Program-made: the position numbers and the translations under genes | Shown: one piece after another, positions 24,379-38,230 of the stretch | How the letters are laid out: each line of letters opens with the position of its first letter | How positions within the stretch are numbered: the first letter of the stretch is position 1 | DNA from: Octopus bimaculoides | Taxonomy: Eukaryota | Direction: 5' to 3' | Assembly (NCBI RefSeq): GCF_001194135.2 | Contig: NC_069000.1 | Span: 20,661,672 to 20,711,466, forward strand | Length of the DNA: 49,795 nt | Notes under the pieces: generated by a model | Seen by the model: only the letters and a program-made list of their open reading frames with translations | Database searches by the model: none | What the model was told of the DNA's origin: nothing

Positions 24379-25289
24379 ATACATATTCGACACTCTTCTC
24401 TCATATACATATGATATGAATATGAGAGATTCTGGAGAGACAGTAAGGAAGGAAGGGAGAGAGAGAGAGAGAGAGAGAAAGAGAAGTAAATGGAGAAAGA
24501 GTAGAAGAATGTGGAAGAGCTTGGACTCACAAAAGATACGAACAGATTCTGGTACTTACGTAATTTAGTTTTGCTCATCGATTGAAATTGATTAGAGATT
24601 CACAGCTTTAGAGCTTCCCTTGTAAGTGGAAATGGGCGGATCTATGAATAAAATCAATAATAGCAGTATTAGTAACAACAGTACCGTATTTGTTTACTAT
24701 AACGAATTCTGAATTAAAGCATTTAAATACAACGAGAGAAACTATAAACTAACATGCAGTGTAAACCAATGACTATGATATATATGCATCCCATAAAAAA
24801 ATATTAAATGTATTGTATATAGTACATGGGAAAATCCGTTAAAGAAATGAAATAGAATGTAACCATCAGACTGTTGAAGGCATTATAAAACAGTAATAGT
24901 AGAGAACTCCGGAAAAAACCAATGAACAGAGAGTGACACGATTCACTTACGGCGTAACTGCAACTCTCTCTTAACGATGATACAATTTACTTGTTGGCGG
25001 TAGTTTCTCTTGAATGAAATTATTTCTCTAAATTTCTCTAAATTTCTCTTCTGCAAAAGCTTTTTTAAATGAAATTTATAATCTGATGTGAATTCTATTA
25101 CAGATGTAACACTGACTAGACATTCTTGAGAAAAGGAAATGGCGAGAAAATTTGCACTTTATTCTTGAGTGGGCGAATGCCTTAAGGTACACTTGGTCAC
25201 TGACTAGCATTATTTCAATGCCTGAATCATTTGTGACAAACATTATTGTTTGATAGTAATGCTTAGCCAAAGACATTTATAAATCTCTC

Positions 25290-25560
25290 ATAGCTCTTCT
25301 GAAAAGATTGCATGACACTTTAAGATTATCCCCACCCCACAAGAAATATTTTTTCTACTCCAACTTAATATGCGATGTATATTACGAAGGTAGAATGCTT
25401 TCATTGACCAACCGAAGGAGTCTAATACCCATATCAAACACTTATCTGTGGTTATTATTGCTTCAGGTTTGCAGTTCTGATAATCTGCAGTTTGAAGGCA
25501 GACTCCCATGTGACCTACGTGGTATACCTATCGTGCATTTCGGCCAACAACCTGCATGTC
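25290..25560 (-). mobile_element. Possible highly decayed LINE C-terminal remnant
   Basis: Minus-strand MKAFYLRNIHRILSWSRKN resembles the L.AF..R.LRRIL.ISW segment that follows RTE-type RT domains. No catalytic motif is visible. Confidence 0.45.
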
Positions 25561-26337
25561 ATAAGCCTGTTCGGTCAGTGCTAACCTAGAATTATACAAC
25601 AAAAGTTTATCGGGTATAAGTCATAGTAAATAACTGGACTTAAAAATTAGAGCACCCAATATTACCCAACCTGTATTGAAGAAAATCGGTTTTGTAATAA
25701 AAAAATTTCTGGCCCATTTCTCCCATATATATATATATAAAAAATTCCAAAATTTCTAACCCAGATTGGGGTGGTTTTAAATACACCTAAAGACAAGTGG
25801 AGAATAAAACAAAGGAAATTATATTGTAGTGTTTTTTTCCTGTTCTCAGGAAGTATATATTCATAAAAAGAATAGTAGTCATCCCGCCATCTTAAATACT
25901 TAGAATCACAATTTAAATGCTATTAACACAAACATATCAATGCATACCGGATGATAGAGATGGAATTATATATAGACACTTTCTTACACATACACAAGTA
26001 TAACATGGAATATATATATATATATATAAATGTGTGTGTGTGCGTGCCTGTGTGTGTGTGTGTGTGCGCGCGTGCGCGTGTGTGTGGATTTACAGCGATA
26101 GAACTTCAGGCAAAAAAGCCAATTATGACAAGTTTGCATTCATTATCTTGTAGAACTGGTAAGTAGATGGAAACTACTGAAATAGTTGGTCAAGAAAGTA
26201 CTCCCATGAACGTACGCTTACAATTCGTTAGAGAAACTATGCATCGCTGACTAGAAGCATGTGCATGCATTTATTTAGTTACATAGTTCGGTTCACTGTG
26301 AAGAGAAGTTTACACAGGTTTGTTAGCAATCGCTTTA

Positions 26338-26548
26338 TTAAGAGCACGTATTTCTTAGCCAAAACTGAAGAAAGTACATTTGATTATCTCATCGAGCACA
26401 TAACGTCTAGTTATACAAAGCAATAATGAGCTTATCAATGGTGAATACATTATAGTATTTGTGTGTATGTCTGGTAGATATTCATTTAATTAATTTTTAT
26501 GAATTAGTATTTAGAGATATTGAAAATTTATTCTTTACAAACAGACAT
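26338..26548 (+). repeat. ~210-bp direct repeat, copy 1
   Basis: Collinear with 27611-27820 (aaactga.gaaagtacatttg.ttatctca.cgagca...tttacaaaca.acat). Confidence 0.88.
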
Positions 26549-26549
26549 C

Positions 26550-27002
<453 letters not shown>

Positions 27003-27125
27003 ATTATAAGGAACAAAGTATTTCAAGACTTCCATGTCCTTGTAATATATTTTTCTTCTCTCTTTTTCTGACACATTATTGATATGCATTTTCAATATTT
27101 ATTGTTTATCCTTTAAGTCTGGCTC

Positions 27126-27406
27126 GCTGGGGGACCGCCTTGAAGAATTTTTAGTCGAATGTATTGACCCTAGTATTGTTAAAGCCTGCTGCTTATTCTG
27201 TCGGTGGCTTTTGCTGATCCGCTAAGTTACGGGGATGTATACACACCAGCACTGATTTACCTGCAGCCGTGAGGGAGACAAAAACACACGCACACACACA
27301 TACACACTAATAGAAAACACTTGCTCAAGGTGCCACGCAGTCGTAGTGAACCCCAAACAATGTGATTGTGAAGCCAGCTTCTTACCACATAGCCACGCCT
27401 GCGCCT
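27126..27406 (-). mobile_element. SINE family A, older copy with an internal deletion
   Basis: Tail, a short CA tract and the head are present; the gacggaaactgaaagaagc body is missing. Confidence 0.8.
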
Positions 27407-27610
27407 GTGTATAAGTTTTATACTCTTTTACTCGTTTCAGCCATGCGGCCTTGGTCATGCTGCGCAGATCAAACAGGAATCCATTCAAATACACTAGTAT
27501 TACTATCACTCAGATTTCAAAAACAATTTATCTTTAGACCTCTTAATCTTCATAAAGAAAAGCTGAACATGTCGTAAAGAACGGTAGAACATATCGTAGT
27601 TGGTAGAGTA

Positions 27611-27820
27611 TAAAGAACACGCATTTCTTATCCCAAACTGAGGAAAGTACATTTGCTTATCTCACCGAGCATATTATAGCTAGTTATACAGAGCAATAGT
27701 GAACTTATCAATGATGAGTACATTGTAATGTTTGTGTATATGTCTGTTTAAGATTCATTTAATTTATCTTTATGAATAAGTATTTAGGGATATTGAAATT
27801 TTATCCTTTACAAACATACA
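27611..27820 (+). repeat. ~210-bp direct repeat, copy 2
   Basis: See 26338-26548. Confidence 0.88.
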
Positions 27821-28044
27821 TATATAAGGAAGTATATTCTTTCAAAACTTTCACGCCCTCGTTATACTACTCTAGAGCTGCGATATGTCACAGTTTTAAA
27901 TAACAATTTTTAGTATATCATTCCTGGATTAAGTAGTTTAATCGACTTACTTGCTCTGATAGTCACTCGCAATTTATTATTAATTATGTGCATTTTTATA
28001 ATTATAAATTAAATGCATTTCTCTTTTTTATTCTCTTCGAACTA

Positions 28045-28268
28045 TTTTTTCCTTCCCCCAGCAATTTCGTGGGTGGATAAGTCGCTTACATCGTGGGATA
28101 AGTCGTTTACATCGACGCCAGTGTTCAACTGGTACTTATTTAATCGACCCCGAAATGATGAAAAGCAAAGTGAATCGCAGCGGAATTTGACCCCAGAACA
28201 TAAAGACAGACGAAATACTGCTAAGCATTTTGCCCGGGGTGCTAGTGATTCTGCCGGCTCACCGCCAT
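28045..28268 (-). mobile_element. SINE family B
   Basis: ctggtacttatttaatcgaccccgaaa...gcggaatttga...gctcaccgcc. Confidence 0.85.
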
Positions 28269-28528
28269 CATATCAGTAAATATTAAGATGAATTCCAATC
28301 GATTGATTGAGGAAATATTCAATGGCAATCATGAAATTGGGGCCCCATCGTTTTCATTTACCACTGGTTTGTTTCTTAACTTTGATCAGGAGATTGATTG
28401 CTACCAGTAATAACACCATACATACATAAACACGAATATGTACATATATGTTAATGCATATATGCATATATATACACGAGTATATACATATATACACACA
28501 TACATACATATGTGTATGTATATATCTG

Positions 28529-28576
<48 letters not shown>

Positions 28577-29035
28577 TTTATANNNNNNNNNNNNNNNNNN
28601 NNNNNNNNNNNNNNNNNNNNNNNNNNNNNNNNNNNNNNNNNNNNNNNNNNNNNNNNNNNNNNNNNNNNNNNNNNNNNNNNNNNNNNNNNNNNNNNNNNNN
28701 NNNNNNNNNNNNNNNNNNNNNNNNNNNNNNNNNNNNNNNNNNNNNNNNNNNNNNNNNNNNNNNNNNNNNNNNNNNNNNNNNNNNNNNNNNNNNNNNNNNN
28801 NNNNNNNNNNNNNNNNNNNNNNNNNNNNNNNNNNNNNNNNNNNNNNNNNNNNNNNNNNNNNNNNNNNNNNNNNNNNNNNNNNNNNNNNNNNNNNNNNNNN
28901 NNNNNNNNNNNNNNNNNNNNNNNNNNNNNNNNNNNNNNNNNNNNNNNNNNNNNNNNNNNNNNNNNNNNNNNNNNNNNNNNNNNNNNNNNNNNNNNNNNNN
29001 NNNNNNNNNNNNNNNNNNNNNNNNNNNNNNNNNNN

Positions 29036-29066
<31 letters not shown>

Positions 29067-29106
29067 TCACATACACTTATAAAATTATATATATGCACAT
29101 ATATAT

Positions 29107-29472
29107 GTGAAGGTGCATGGCTCAGTGGTTAGAGCGTCAAGCTTACGATCGTGAGGTTGGGAGTTCGTATCTCGGTCCGGGCTGAGGGTTGTGTTGTTGA
29201 GCAAGACACTTTATTTCACGTTGCTCCAGTTCACTCAGCTGTAGGAAATGAGTTGTGACGTCACTGGTGTCAAGCTGTATCGGCCTTTGCCTTTCCCTTG
29301 GGTAACATTGGTGGCGTGGAGAGGGAAGGTTGATATGCATGGGCGACTTCTGATCTTCCATAAACAGAACCCTAGGTTGTGCGTTCGCCGGTGGGGCGAC
29401 TTTCCGCCCACACTTGTACCCCGGAGGGGAATCTTTTAGGTGCACCTATGGTCATTCGTGACCGACGGAGTC
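29107..29472 (+). mobile_element. SINE family C with an alternative tail
   Basis: A box tggctcagtgg, B box gagttcgtatc and CORE-like ttgagcaagacactt. Matches 13137 up to cactcagctg, then diverges. Confidence 0.85.
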
Positions 29473-29872
29473 GAGATATGCATATATATTTTTTACGAAT
29501 GTGCGTATAGATACACACATACACATAAATACGCATACAGCGTGGTAGTGTTGGTTTAAAATATGCTTTCGAAGGCTCTGCAGTATAATCGATTCCAGTA
29601 ACAGAAAAAATTGAGTTATTTAGATCGAACTGTAATGTGAATAAGATATACAAATATTAATTTCTAATGGCGTAGTAAATGCAAGATGCTGAGGAGTGGA
29701 TAAGACGTATATTTCACGAGTGAATGTATGTTCAGTGACTAGTAAGGAAAACAGTACTGAGTTTCAGAAAAAGTTGGGTAATCATCAGCTAACAGGTGTG
29801 TGTGTGTCTGTGTGTGTAGATAGTCGATTTTTCGATCAGACCAACTAAGCTAGTTTTCCGCAGCTAATGCCC

Positions 29873-29909
<37 letters not shown>

Positions 29910-31081
29910 ACACGCATTCATAGTCAAAGAAATGCAGATATAAATATGCATATACATACATACGTACGTACATATACATATATATACATATATATACATA
30001 TTCATGTTTATATTCATGTGTTTATATCTATGTATGCATGTGTATATGTAAGAATATATATATATATACACACACAGAATTTGTGAATGTGTGTGTGTGT
30101 GTGCGTGTGTGTGTGTGCGTGCGTGTGTGTGTGTGTGCGTGTGTGTGTGTGTAAAACAGTACAGTTGAAATGTTTTATTATTTATCTACCTACTTATTTC
30201 TGACGGTTACATACTAAAGCTGTTTGTTCTAATGCCGAAAGCATTGCTTATAGTAACAACATCTATTCTAAAACACTAATTCCACTTTCTTGCAACCTTG
30301 TTTACTCGTCAGCTTCATTTATATTTCTCCTAAGAATCTTACTTATTATTTTATTCTCGTGTCTCATTGTTTACTTTTATATTCCTACTTTACTATTCTG
30401 CATAACTTTTAGAACAGAAAAAAAAACTTAATATGGCCACCTGATAATATTAATATCGTCCTTTTGTTTTTTTCTGATTTGCAGGATTTTTTTTTCTCTA
30501 CATAACGATATTTCTTAAATTTTCATTTTGAAGTATAAATTTCATTCTCCAACCATGCATATTATTATCTTGCAATATCCAAGTGAATTTTAAATCTAAA
30601 ACTACTGCCGATTACAGTTTCCAAGAGAAAACAGTTCATATATTTTTTCCGTGTATGGATTATTATGTTACAGTCTTCAGTTGTCTAATTCATATAAGAT
30701 GCGTGAAAGAGCAATAGATTTCAAAGGCTCTACGGCACAAGTTCAAAAGAAGATAAGCGAAATAGCCCATATACTACTTTCAACACTTATTGGAGAGTTT
30801 TAAGAAAATTTGTAGAAGCACTACAAATGAAAATACGGTCAATGGAAGTTTCAATTATTTCCACAAATTCTGCAAGTCCATATGTGGTGTGTTGTGATAA
30901 TGATAATGGTAAAAATTGACAGCGAAGACACTTAGAACATGAAGACAAAGACAGCAAACTTTAATAAAGTAATAACAAGTGTAATAAAGAAATTATTATG
31001 GCCAAGAAAGGAATCAACATCTAAGAAAATGTTTAATATACCGAACCATAAGGGGAGAAGCAGAGAAGATATTAAATATTG

Positions 31082-31256
31082 GTTTCAAAATTTAGCATGT
31101 GGCCAGCAATTTCGGGGGAGGGGCTATATCGATTAATCCTCTCCAGTACTCAACTGGTACTTATTTTATCGACCCCAAAAGGATGAAAGGCAAAAATCAA
31201 CCTCGGTGGAATTTGAACTCAGAACGTAAAGACGGACATGCTAACGATTCTGCCTT
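31082..31256 (-). mobile_element. SINE family B, internally deleted, with a perfect 20-bp TSD
   Basis: agagaagatattaaatattg occurs at 31062-31081 and 31257-31276. Confidence 0.93.
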
Positions 31257-32249
31257 AGAGAAGATATTAAATATTGCCGGTCTATCGTTTTGACTTTTCA
31301 TATGATTTTAATCATGGAATGAATGATCAGAAAGTAACTTAAGTTCTTAAAGGAGCGATCCAGGTAGACATTGTCTCACACAGCCTCTGTAACATAACCA
31401 ACTTTATAGAAATCGAATTATATTACTTTGCTTTGTAAAGTTTTAGGATATACTATCCGAATATTTTATTAGTTTGCAGAGCTTAGTTCAACACCTCCCG
31501 TGTTTATAAGCTGAAGAGAGAAATAAGCTTTATTAAGCTAACTTGTTCTACATGCACAGACATTTTTCACATACTTCTAAGGTACACTATTGTTATTGGG
31601 ATATAGATCAGATATTGAGATATAATTAATCAAGTAACTAAACTTCGCATGCTTTTGATTTTACTCTTATTCTTCATTTTAAAAAAATTTTTTTTTTTTA
31701 CATTATTGGAAGTGGAATCCTAGCAAAGCTCTGTGCAAATTCCAATACCCACTGCAGAATCTTACAATCAGACATAAAGCAGCTATCCTATCATAATGGA
31801 GTATGACAGCAGATTTGGATGTTATCAGTTGAGCTTGGCTTAGAGAATAAACAGTGGCAGTATTATGATAAATATGTCAGATATATATANNNNNNNNNNN
31901 NNNNNNNNNNNNNNNNNNNNNNNNNNNNNNNNNNNNNNNNNNNNNNNNNNNNNNNNNNNNNNNNNNNNNNNNNNNNNNNNNNNNNNNNNNNNNNNNNNNN
32001 NNNNNNNNNNNNNNNNNNNNNNATATATATATATATATATATATATACAGAGAGAGGGGGGCAGAGAGACAGACAGACAGACAGAGAGGCAGAGAGAGGC
32101 GGAGAGTGGGAGGGAGAGGGAAAGATCACCTTGTAGATAAATAATATCATAAATCATTCCTAAATTTAAAGCTTTGCCTAATGAAGCAATAAATAAATGG
32201 GACAGAGACCTGAACAGGTTGTTCAAGACAATTAATGTGTACACATACA

Positions 32250-32313
32250 AACACAGAGCCACACATAGACACACAGAGCCACACATATACACACAGAGCC
32301 GCACATAGACACA
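32250..32313 (+). repeat. Three copies of a 20-bp tandem repeat (acacagagccacacata(g/t)ac)
   Basis: Direct reading. Confidence 0.85.
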
Positions 32314-32848
32314 CATATATTTTTACATACACTCACCTATTCTTTAGGTAACTAAACATCTTCACTTGAAATTTCATTTCCGAGTAAAACTCTAAAGATG
32401 ATCATATATAACCGTTCGAAGCAGCTTTGAGATATATTGCTATGAAATGTTATTACAAGAACTGTCACACGTTCTGCTATAGTATGATTGGATATTCAGA
32501 TAAGGGACATAACTCATTACTTATAGTAATGATTATTAGGGATGAGTTATTTTAGTTCGGTTGGCTTAAAATAAGGTAGAATATATTTTTCTAAATATAA
32601 CTGTTATTGTCTGGGATTTAAGTAAACTTCTATAGCGTATAGAAGAATGGAAGTGAGTTGGCAAAAGTTAATGAATTTAAGGTGAGAAAGTATCAAGAAC
32701 TATGTTATTATACGATATTCTAGACTGTCAGTAAGCTAGTAATGAATGATGAAATTATCTCATTGTAAGTTAAGATTAAGAGGAAATTAGAGAAAGTATA
32801 ATAGCTCCTGGTAAGTCAGGAACTTCGTTCAGTTAGGAGCTGGTGGAA

Positions 32849-32849
<1 letters not shown>

Positions 32850-32899
<50 letters not shown>

Positions 32900-32918
32900 T
32901 TATCTATATATATATATA
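32850..32918. repeat. (ATCT)n microsatellite
   Basis: Direct reading. Confidence 0.93.
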
Positions 32919-34142
32919 TCACTTTCCCTATGTACATGCGGTCATTCCACATTTAACGCCGTTGATAGAGCCGTAAATAGAGTAAGTTTTCAATATAAAA
33001 ATAACTTTCTTGGTTCATAGATTGGCTCATAGATTGAAGCAGAGAAGGCTACTTGAATATTATCTCCCAGTTCGATCAGATTTCATCGTTAACCTATATC
33101 ATTGCTCGCAAGAAATGAAACTTTATTTTCCAAATTCATAGCCAGACTGTATTTTTAATAGCTGGGTAGGAACAAGAGGTGAACTAATCTTCAAATACGA
33201 TTAACCATCCCCTTGCGTTGCCATATAAGAGTAAGATTAGATTTAGGGTGTCCGCTCATAGTTACTGGTGTCTCAGAATAAGAATGAACCAGTGACTTCA
33301 ATTTTAGATCTGAAGCATTATCACCTGGCAAGAGAATCATACACCTCTTAACAGATTTGAAACCAGGTGCAGATATTTCTGTAACTTCATTTCGGTTTTT
33401 GTTTCCGAAACAAGCCTGTCTCATCTATATAAAAAATTAGTGTGTATCCTTCTTCGTCAATAATATTTTTAAGTAGAATTGGAAAAGTAACTGCAGCGTT
33501 GAGGATTCGTCAATTATCTGAATGCGATGCGAGTTTTGAGGGACTCTCGTCCCGTTCAATCCGGTAACGGCTAGGCTAGATACTTTCACTCTTAGTACTA
33601 AACCCCTATGCTATCCTTAGGTCAAGAAATAAACTTGAAACTTTTCTTAATGGAGATTTACGCTGATGCATTTCCTTTGTCCTTATGTTTACAACTTTTT
33701 TCGATACTTTCCATTATGCGTGTTTTAATCCAACTTAAAGCAGCTAAAGATGGTACACTTTGAACAAAAGATCTAATGTTTACGGTGTTATTGCGAATTG
33801 TTCGACAAAGATGGAGACCCCTTTAACAATCTATAGCTTGCTGTCCATCATCGAATTTCAGCAATACTTTTAATTCAGTGTTTAATGTCACATCATTAGT
33901 TTCTTTTGGTTTTCTTTTGTGCCAAAAAGCAATGACGCATAGGCTGTGTTTAGCTACCATTGCGACGGATAAATCAAAGGGAAAAATTTGCAAATTGAAA
34001 ATTGTAAGGATTACTTACTACACAACCAAGTTCAACGCCAAACTATAGAAAAAGCTGAATAGTTTTTAATCTGTCCACTTCATTTTAATTTATACAATTT
34101 ATCCTCTCTGGTTTTACTTAGAGTTATTTCTTTCTGGTACAA

Positions 34143-34332
34143 TCGCTAGCACGTCGGGTAAAATGCTTAGCGGTATTTCGTCTGGCTTTATGTTCTGAGT
34201 TCAAAATCCGCTGAGGTTGACTTTGCCTTTCATCCTTTCGGATCCATAAGATAAATACCAGCTGGACACCGAAGTCGATGTAATCAACTTACCCCCCTCA
34301 CCCACCTTGTGCCACAATTTGAAACCATTATT
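34143..34332 (+). mobile_element. SINE family B, slightly 5'-truncated
   Basis: gctagcacgtcgggtaaaatgcttagcggtatttcg...gagttcaaaatccgctgagg...ttgtgccacaatttgaaacca. Confidence 0.9.
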
Positions 34333-34852
34333 AATTTACATAGGATATCGTACAAAAATGGCTAGTGGAAAGGAAAATCAGAAGAATGAAACAACAAGCA
34401 GATTCCGCTGCAGAAGTATATTAATTTGTATATGTAAAAATATAATTTGGTACATTAGGTTTAATTGTTTATTTCGTATTTTATTTGGTGCAGCTTAAAA
34501 GAGTGACAACTGTATGGAGTTGACGGTAGACGTATAGAGATTGTATCGTACGTGAAAATCATGAAATATATGAAATTGAATGACAACTTTATTCATCATT
34601 GTTTTTCATTTATTTATTTATTTATTTATTTACTTATTTATTTATCTATTTATTCATTGTTAGTCACGAAAGATAGAAACGAAAAGTAATATTTAAAAAA
34701 AGTTCAATTTGCGAATTCGCGTTTTTATTTTGCAGCATTTCACAGTGACGCTATAACAAAGTGATGATAAATTAAATGACTATACATATATATATANNNN
34801 NNNNNNNNNNNNNNNNNNNNNNNNNNNNNNNNNNNNNNNNNNNNNNNNNNNN

Positions 34853-34910
<58 letters not shown>

Positions 34911-35599
34911 GATGAATGTGTGTGTACCTGTGTGGATATGTGTGCCTGTGCGCTTGTGGGCGTATGTGTGTCTGTCTGTGTGCACAAGTATGTATAGTGT
35001 ATGTACATACAGATATACATGATTAAACTGTTCTTTTACACCGTGCTAGTAAAGATTTGCTGTCCCTCAGTACATTTAAATATATTAGTCTATACAAAAT
35101 TTATATACCGGTATACAGTGCCCGTGCTAAAGAATTGTCAGTGAGGCCCTTCACTCTACAGAAGTTGAAGATTGATGTTTTATGCTTCGTGTAGTTGTAC
35201 CAGTTCCAGCCAAAAATTGTTGAGGACTTGAGACTTCACTATTAGCCACAATTATATACTAGAAATCTATCATAGCGTCCTCCGCTTGAGTGTGTGCGCG
35301 GGTTCCTCTCTTGGCACAGAGCCCAATTTGAACAAACAGTCCAATTGGCTTAAAACCGGCATGCCGGTATCATGTTTATATTGTTGTAATGCAGAACATT
35401 CTCGAGACAAAATCAAATTATACATGGAGCATTCCATTATAATCGTTCTAAATTATTATAATTTTAGTATATCATTACTATACATCTAATAAGCTCATGT
35501 GTCAACTTTTAGTTATTCCAAACTGAAAAAAAAGCGCCTGTAATAGCACTTTGAACACACCCTACTAAACGCTGCTTGTCGCAGCTGACTAGTCTGCAG

Positions 35600-36190
35600 A
35601 AGGCTTACAGCAGGTGAAAACAAAATAGAAACTCATTATGCAATTACGTTTTGTGTTAAACTGGGGACAACTTTACTGAAACTTATGGAATGCTCCAGAT
35701 TGCTTATAGATTAACTTCTATAAACCAAGCATCACATTTTCGCAAGCACAGGAGGTCAGGCGAAGCAAGTCCACCAACTGGTAAGCTCCTGATAATTCTC
35801 CTTTTCGGCAGTAAGAGTATCATCGACATTCACTGCCTTCCCTTTGCCCAGACAAAGAGTATTTTGTGGAGGTTTGAAGGAGTTGAGGAAGAAATTTCAT
35901 CGCAAAAGACCAGAGCACCCGCACCAGAACAATGCAACAGTCCACAATTCCAGCCTGATAACAAACTACTAGAGAGAAATGGGCATCAAAACAGTCTTTC
36001 ACACTCTCGACAGGTCCCAAGCTGAAGGTGAAAATCAGGGGCAGCCATTTTGAAGATATCAAAAAGATGAAAGAAGTTATGACAAACACTTCACTTCAGA
36101 GGACCTCCAAGGTGCCTTCAAGAAGTGGTTCGAGCTCTACAAGTACACAGAACCAGAGGACCCTAATTTGAAAGAGGTTAGAGTGTACAC
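35600..36190 (+). mobile_element. Internally deleted, decayed mariner transposase remnant
   Basis: HYAITFCVKLG and TETYGMLQIAY (N-terminus), HQNNATVHNSSLITNY (cf. HQDNA..H), and PKLKVKIRGSHFEDIKKMKEV (C-terminus). Confidence 0.8.
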
Positions 36191-36459
36191 CTGGAACATC
36201 GAAAAGCTATAGCTTTGCTTGTACTTGTATATATTACATGACATATATATATATATATATATATCGTTAGTGTATCATATATCCGAAGAAGCACACTCTA
36301 AAGCATAGAGCAGTAATGTATTTATATGCAGTTGCATATATGTCCGGTCATAGAGTATCCAATGGTTTCACATCCGAGCCGTCCATGGGGTTAAGCCCTT
36401 TATGGATGCGAAACCAATGGTCACTCTATGGTCGGACATATACTTAACTGTATATAAAT

Positions 36460-36498
<39 letters not shown>

Positions 36499-37343
36499 TA
36501 TTTATGGAGTCTGAGGGAAGAGGCACGGATCGCGAACTGAGCAAACACTCCATTACACTAGTTATTGATAAATACCTGAGTGAAAGACTTGAACAGAGGG
36601 CAGGTTCCATGCCGATACTCAGGAAAGAAAGGATTGGACATTGAGGTTAGTGCAGAGTCGAGAGTGATGGGTGCACCAAGGGAACCAAAACGTAAAAAGA
36701 AGTGTAGGCTGGAAGTGCCTGAACGGTGGTGTAGGTGGTGCGGGTGGGGTACGTGACACTAACCAGCTCCNNNNNNNNNNNNNNNNNNNNNNNNNNNNNN
36801 NNNNNNNNNNNNNNNNNNNNNNNNNNNNNNNNNNNNNNNNNNNNNNNNNNNNNNNNNNNNNNNNNNNNNNNNNNNNNNNNNNNNNNNNNNNNNNNNNNNN
36901 NNNNNNNNNNNNNNNNNNNNNNNNNNNNNNNNNNNNNNNNNNNNNNNNNNNNNNNNNNNNNNNNNNNNNNNNNNNNNNNNNNNNNNNNNNNNNNNNNNNN
37001 NNNNNNNNNNNNNNNNNNNNNNNNNNNNNNNNNNNNNNNNNNNNNNNNNNNNNNNNNNNNNNNNNNNNNNNNNNNNNNNNNNNNNNNNNNNNNNNNNNNN
37101 NNNNNNNNNNNNNNNNNNNNNNNNNNNNNNNNNNNNNNNNNNNNNNNNNNNNNNNNNNNNNNNNNNNNNNNNNNNNNNNNNNNNNNNNNNNNNNNNNNNN
37201 NNNNNNNNNNNNNNNNNNNNNNNNNNNNNNNNNNNNNNNNNNNNNNNNNNNNNNNNNNNNNNNNNNNNNNNNNNNNNTATATACATATACATATATACAT
37301 ACATATATTTATATATATATCTATATATATATATACACACCCA

Positions 37344-38230
37344 CGAGGTTTGATCAATAAGTATACGGACTGTTGCCATAGAAACGAAGCTAAAGCATGC
37401 AGAGTAAAGTTGCTTTGCAAAAATTGACCGTGATCTCTGCTGTGCATGCGCGCTGAGTTTTAACGTTCTAACTTACTTCCACTGTTTACAGCAGTACCTG
37501 GTAGAAAGGGGCGTAGCGTGTGATTGTCGATTTGACCATGACAGAGAAAGTTGTCATCGCGATACATGCTCAGAAGCCTACGCAAAGTTGCAGAAAGTGT
37601 ATAGAGAGGTGTGTATGAGCCACACACAAGTGTACGAGTAGTTCAGACGTTTCCAAGATGGCCGAAAAAATGTCGATATTGACGGAACATGCTGGGAGAC
37701 CTGCAATCAACAGAACTGAGAAAGACATCGCAGATGTGCGTGCAGCTGTGGTTGGTGGGAGTATCGTCGAATCACCATCTGTGAATTATCAGGGGATGTG
37801 CAGATTAGTTACGGTTCATTTCAGTCCATTATCGCTGAAAATTTGGGTAGGAGACGCATGTTTGCCAAGTTTGTGCCAAAACTGCTTTCAGCTGACCAAA
37901 TAGACGTTTGGGGTTTCATTTGCACAAGATCTCCTTGATTGTGTCGAAAACGACGAAAACTTTTTGAAAACTTTGCGTAGGGCTCTGAGTAGGTATCGTC
38001 AAGCTTTTGACATAGTTTGAAGCAGATTCTCTGCTCAACATTCTCTGTCATCGTCAATGTGACGATCACACCTTCCTTCCAAGCACTGTATAAACAGCGG
38101 AAGTAAACTAAAACGTTAATACTTAGTGCGCATGCACAGCAGATTTTAAGGCCAATCTGTGCCGAGCGACTTCACTCAGCGTGCTTTAGCTTCGTTACTA
38201 TAGCAAAAGTGCGGATAGTTATTTATCAAA
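37344..38230 (+). mobile_element. mariner derivative made of two inverted 5' ends around an N-terminal transposase fragment
   Basis: TIR cgaggtttgatcaataagtatacggac at 37344; ATG at 37538 (MTEKV...DTCSEAYAKLQKVY...RRFQDGR...FAKFVPKLLSADQ...ENDENFLK). About 37968-38230 is the reverse complement of the same TIR, leader and MTENVEQRICFKLCQKLDDTYSEPYAK. Confidence 0.9.

Noticed and set aside
24559-24642. Minus-strand exon-like interval with a good acceptor and gtaagt donor
   Set aside because: Stops in all three frames; possible only as UTR or non-coding exon, which is untestable here.
26096-26158. Candidate exon ending ctg|gtaagt
   Set aside because: The acceptor has no pyrimidine tract, and the donor overlaps gtagatggaaact, which looks like a decayed SINE family A body.
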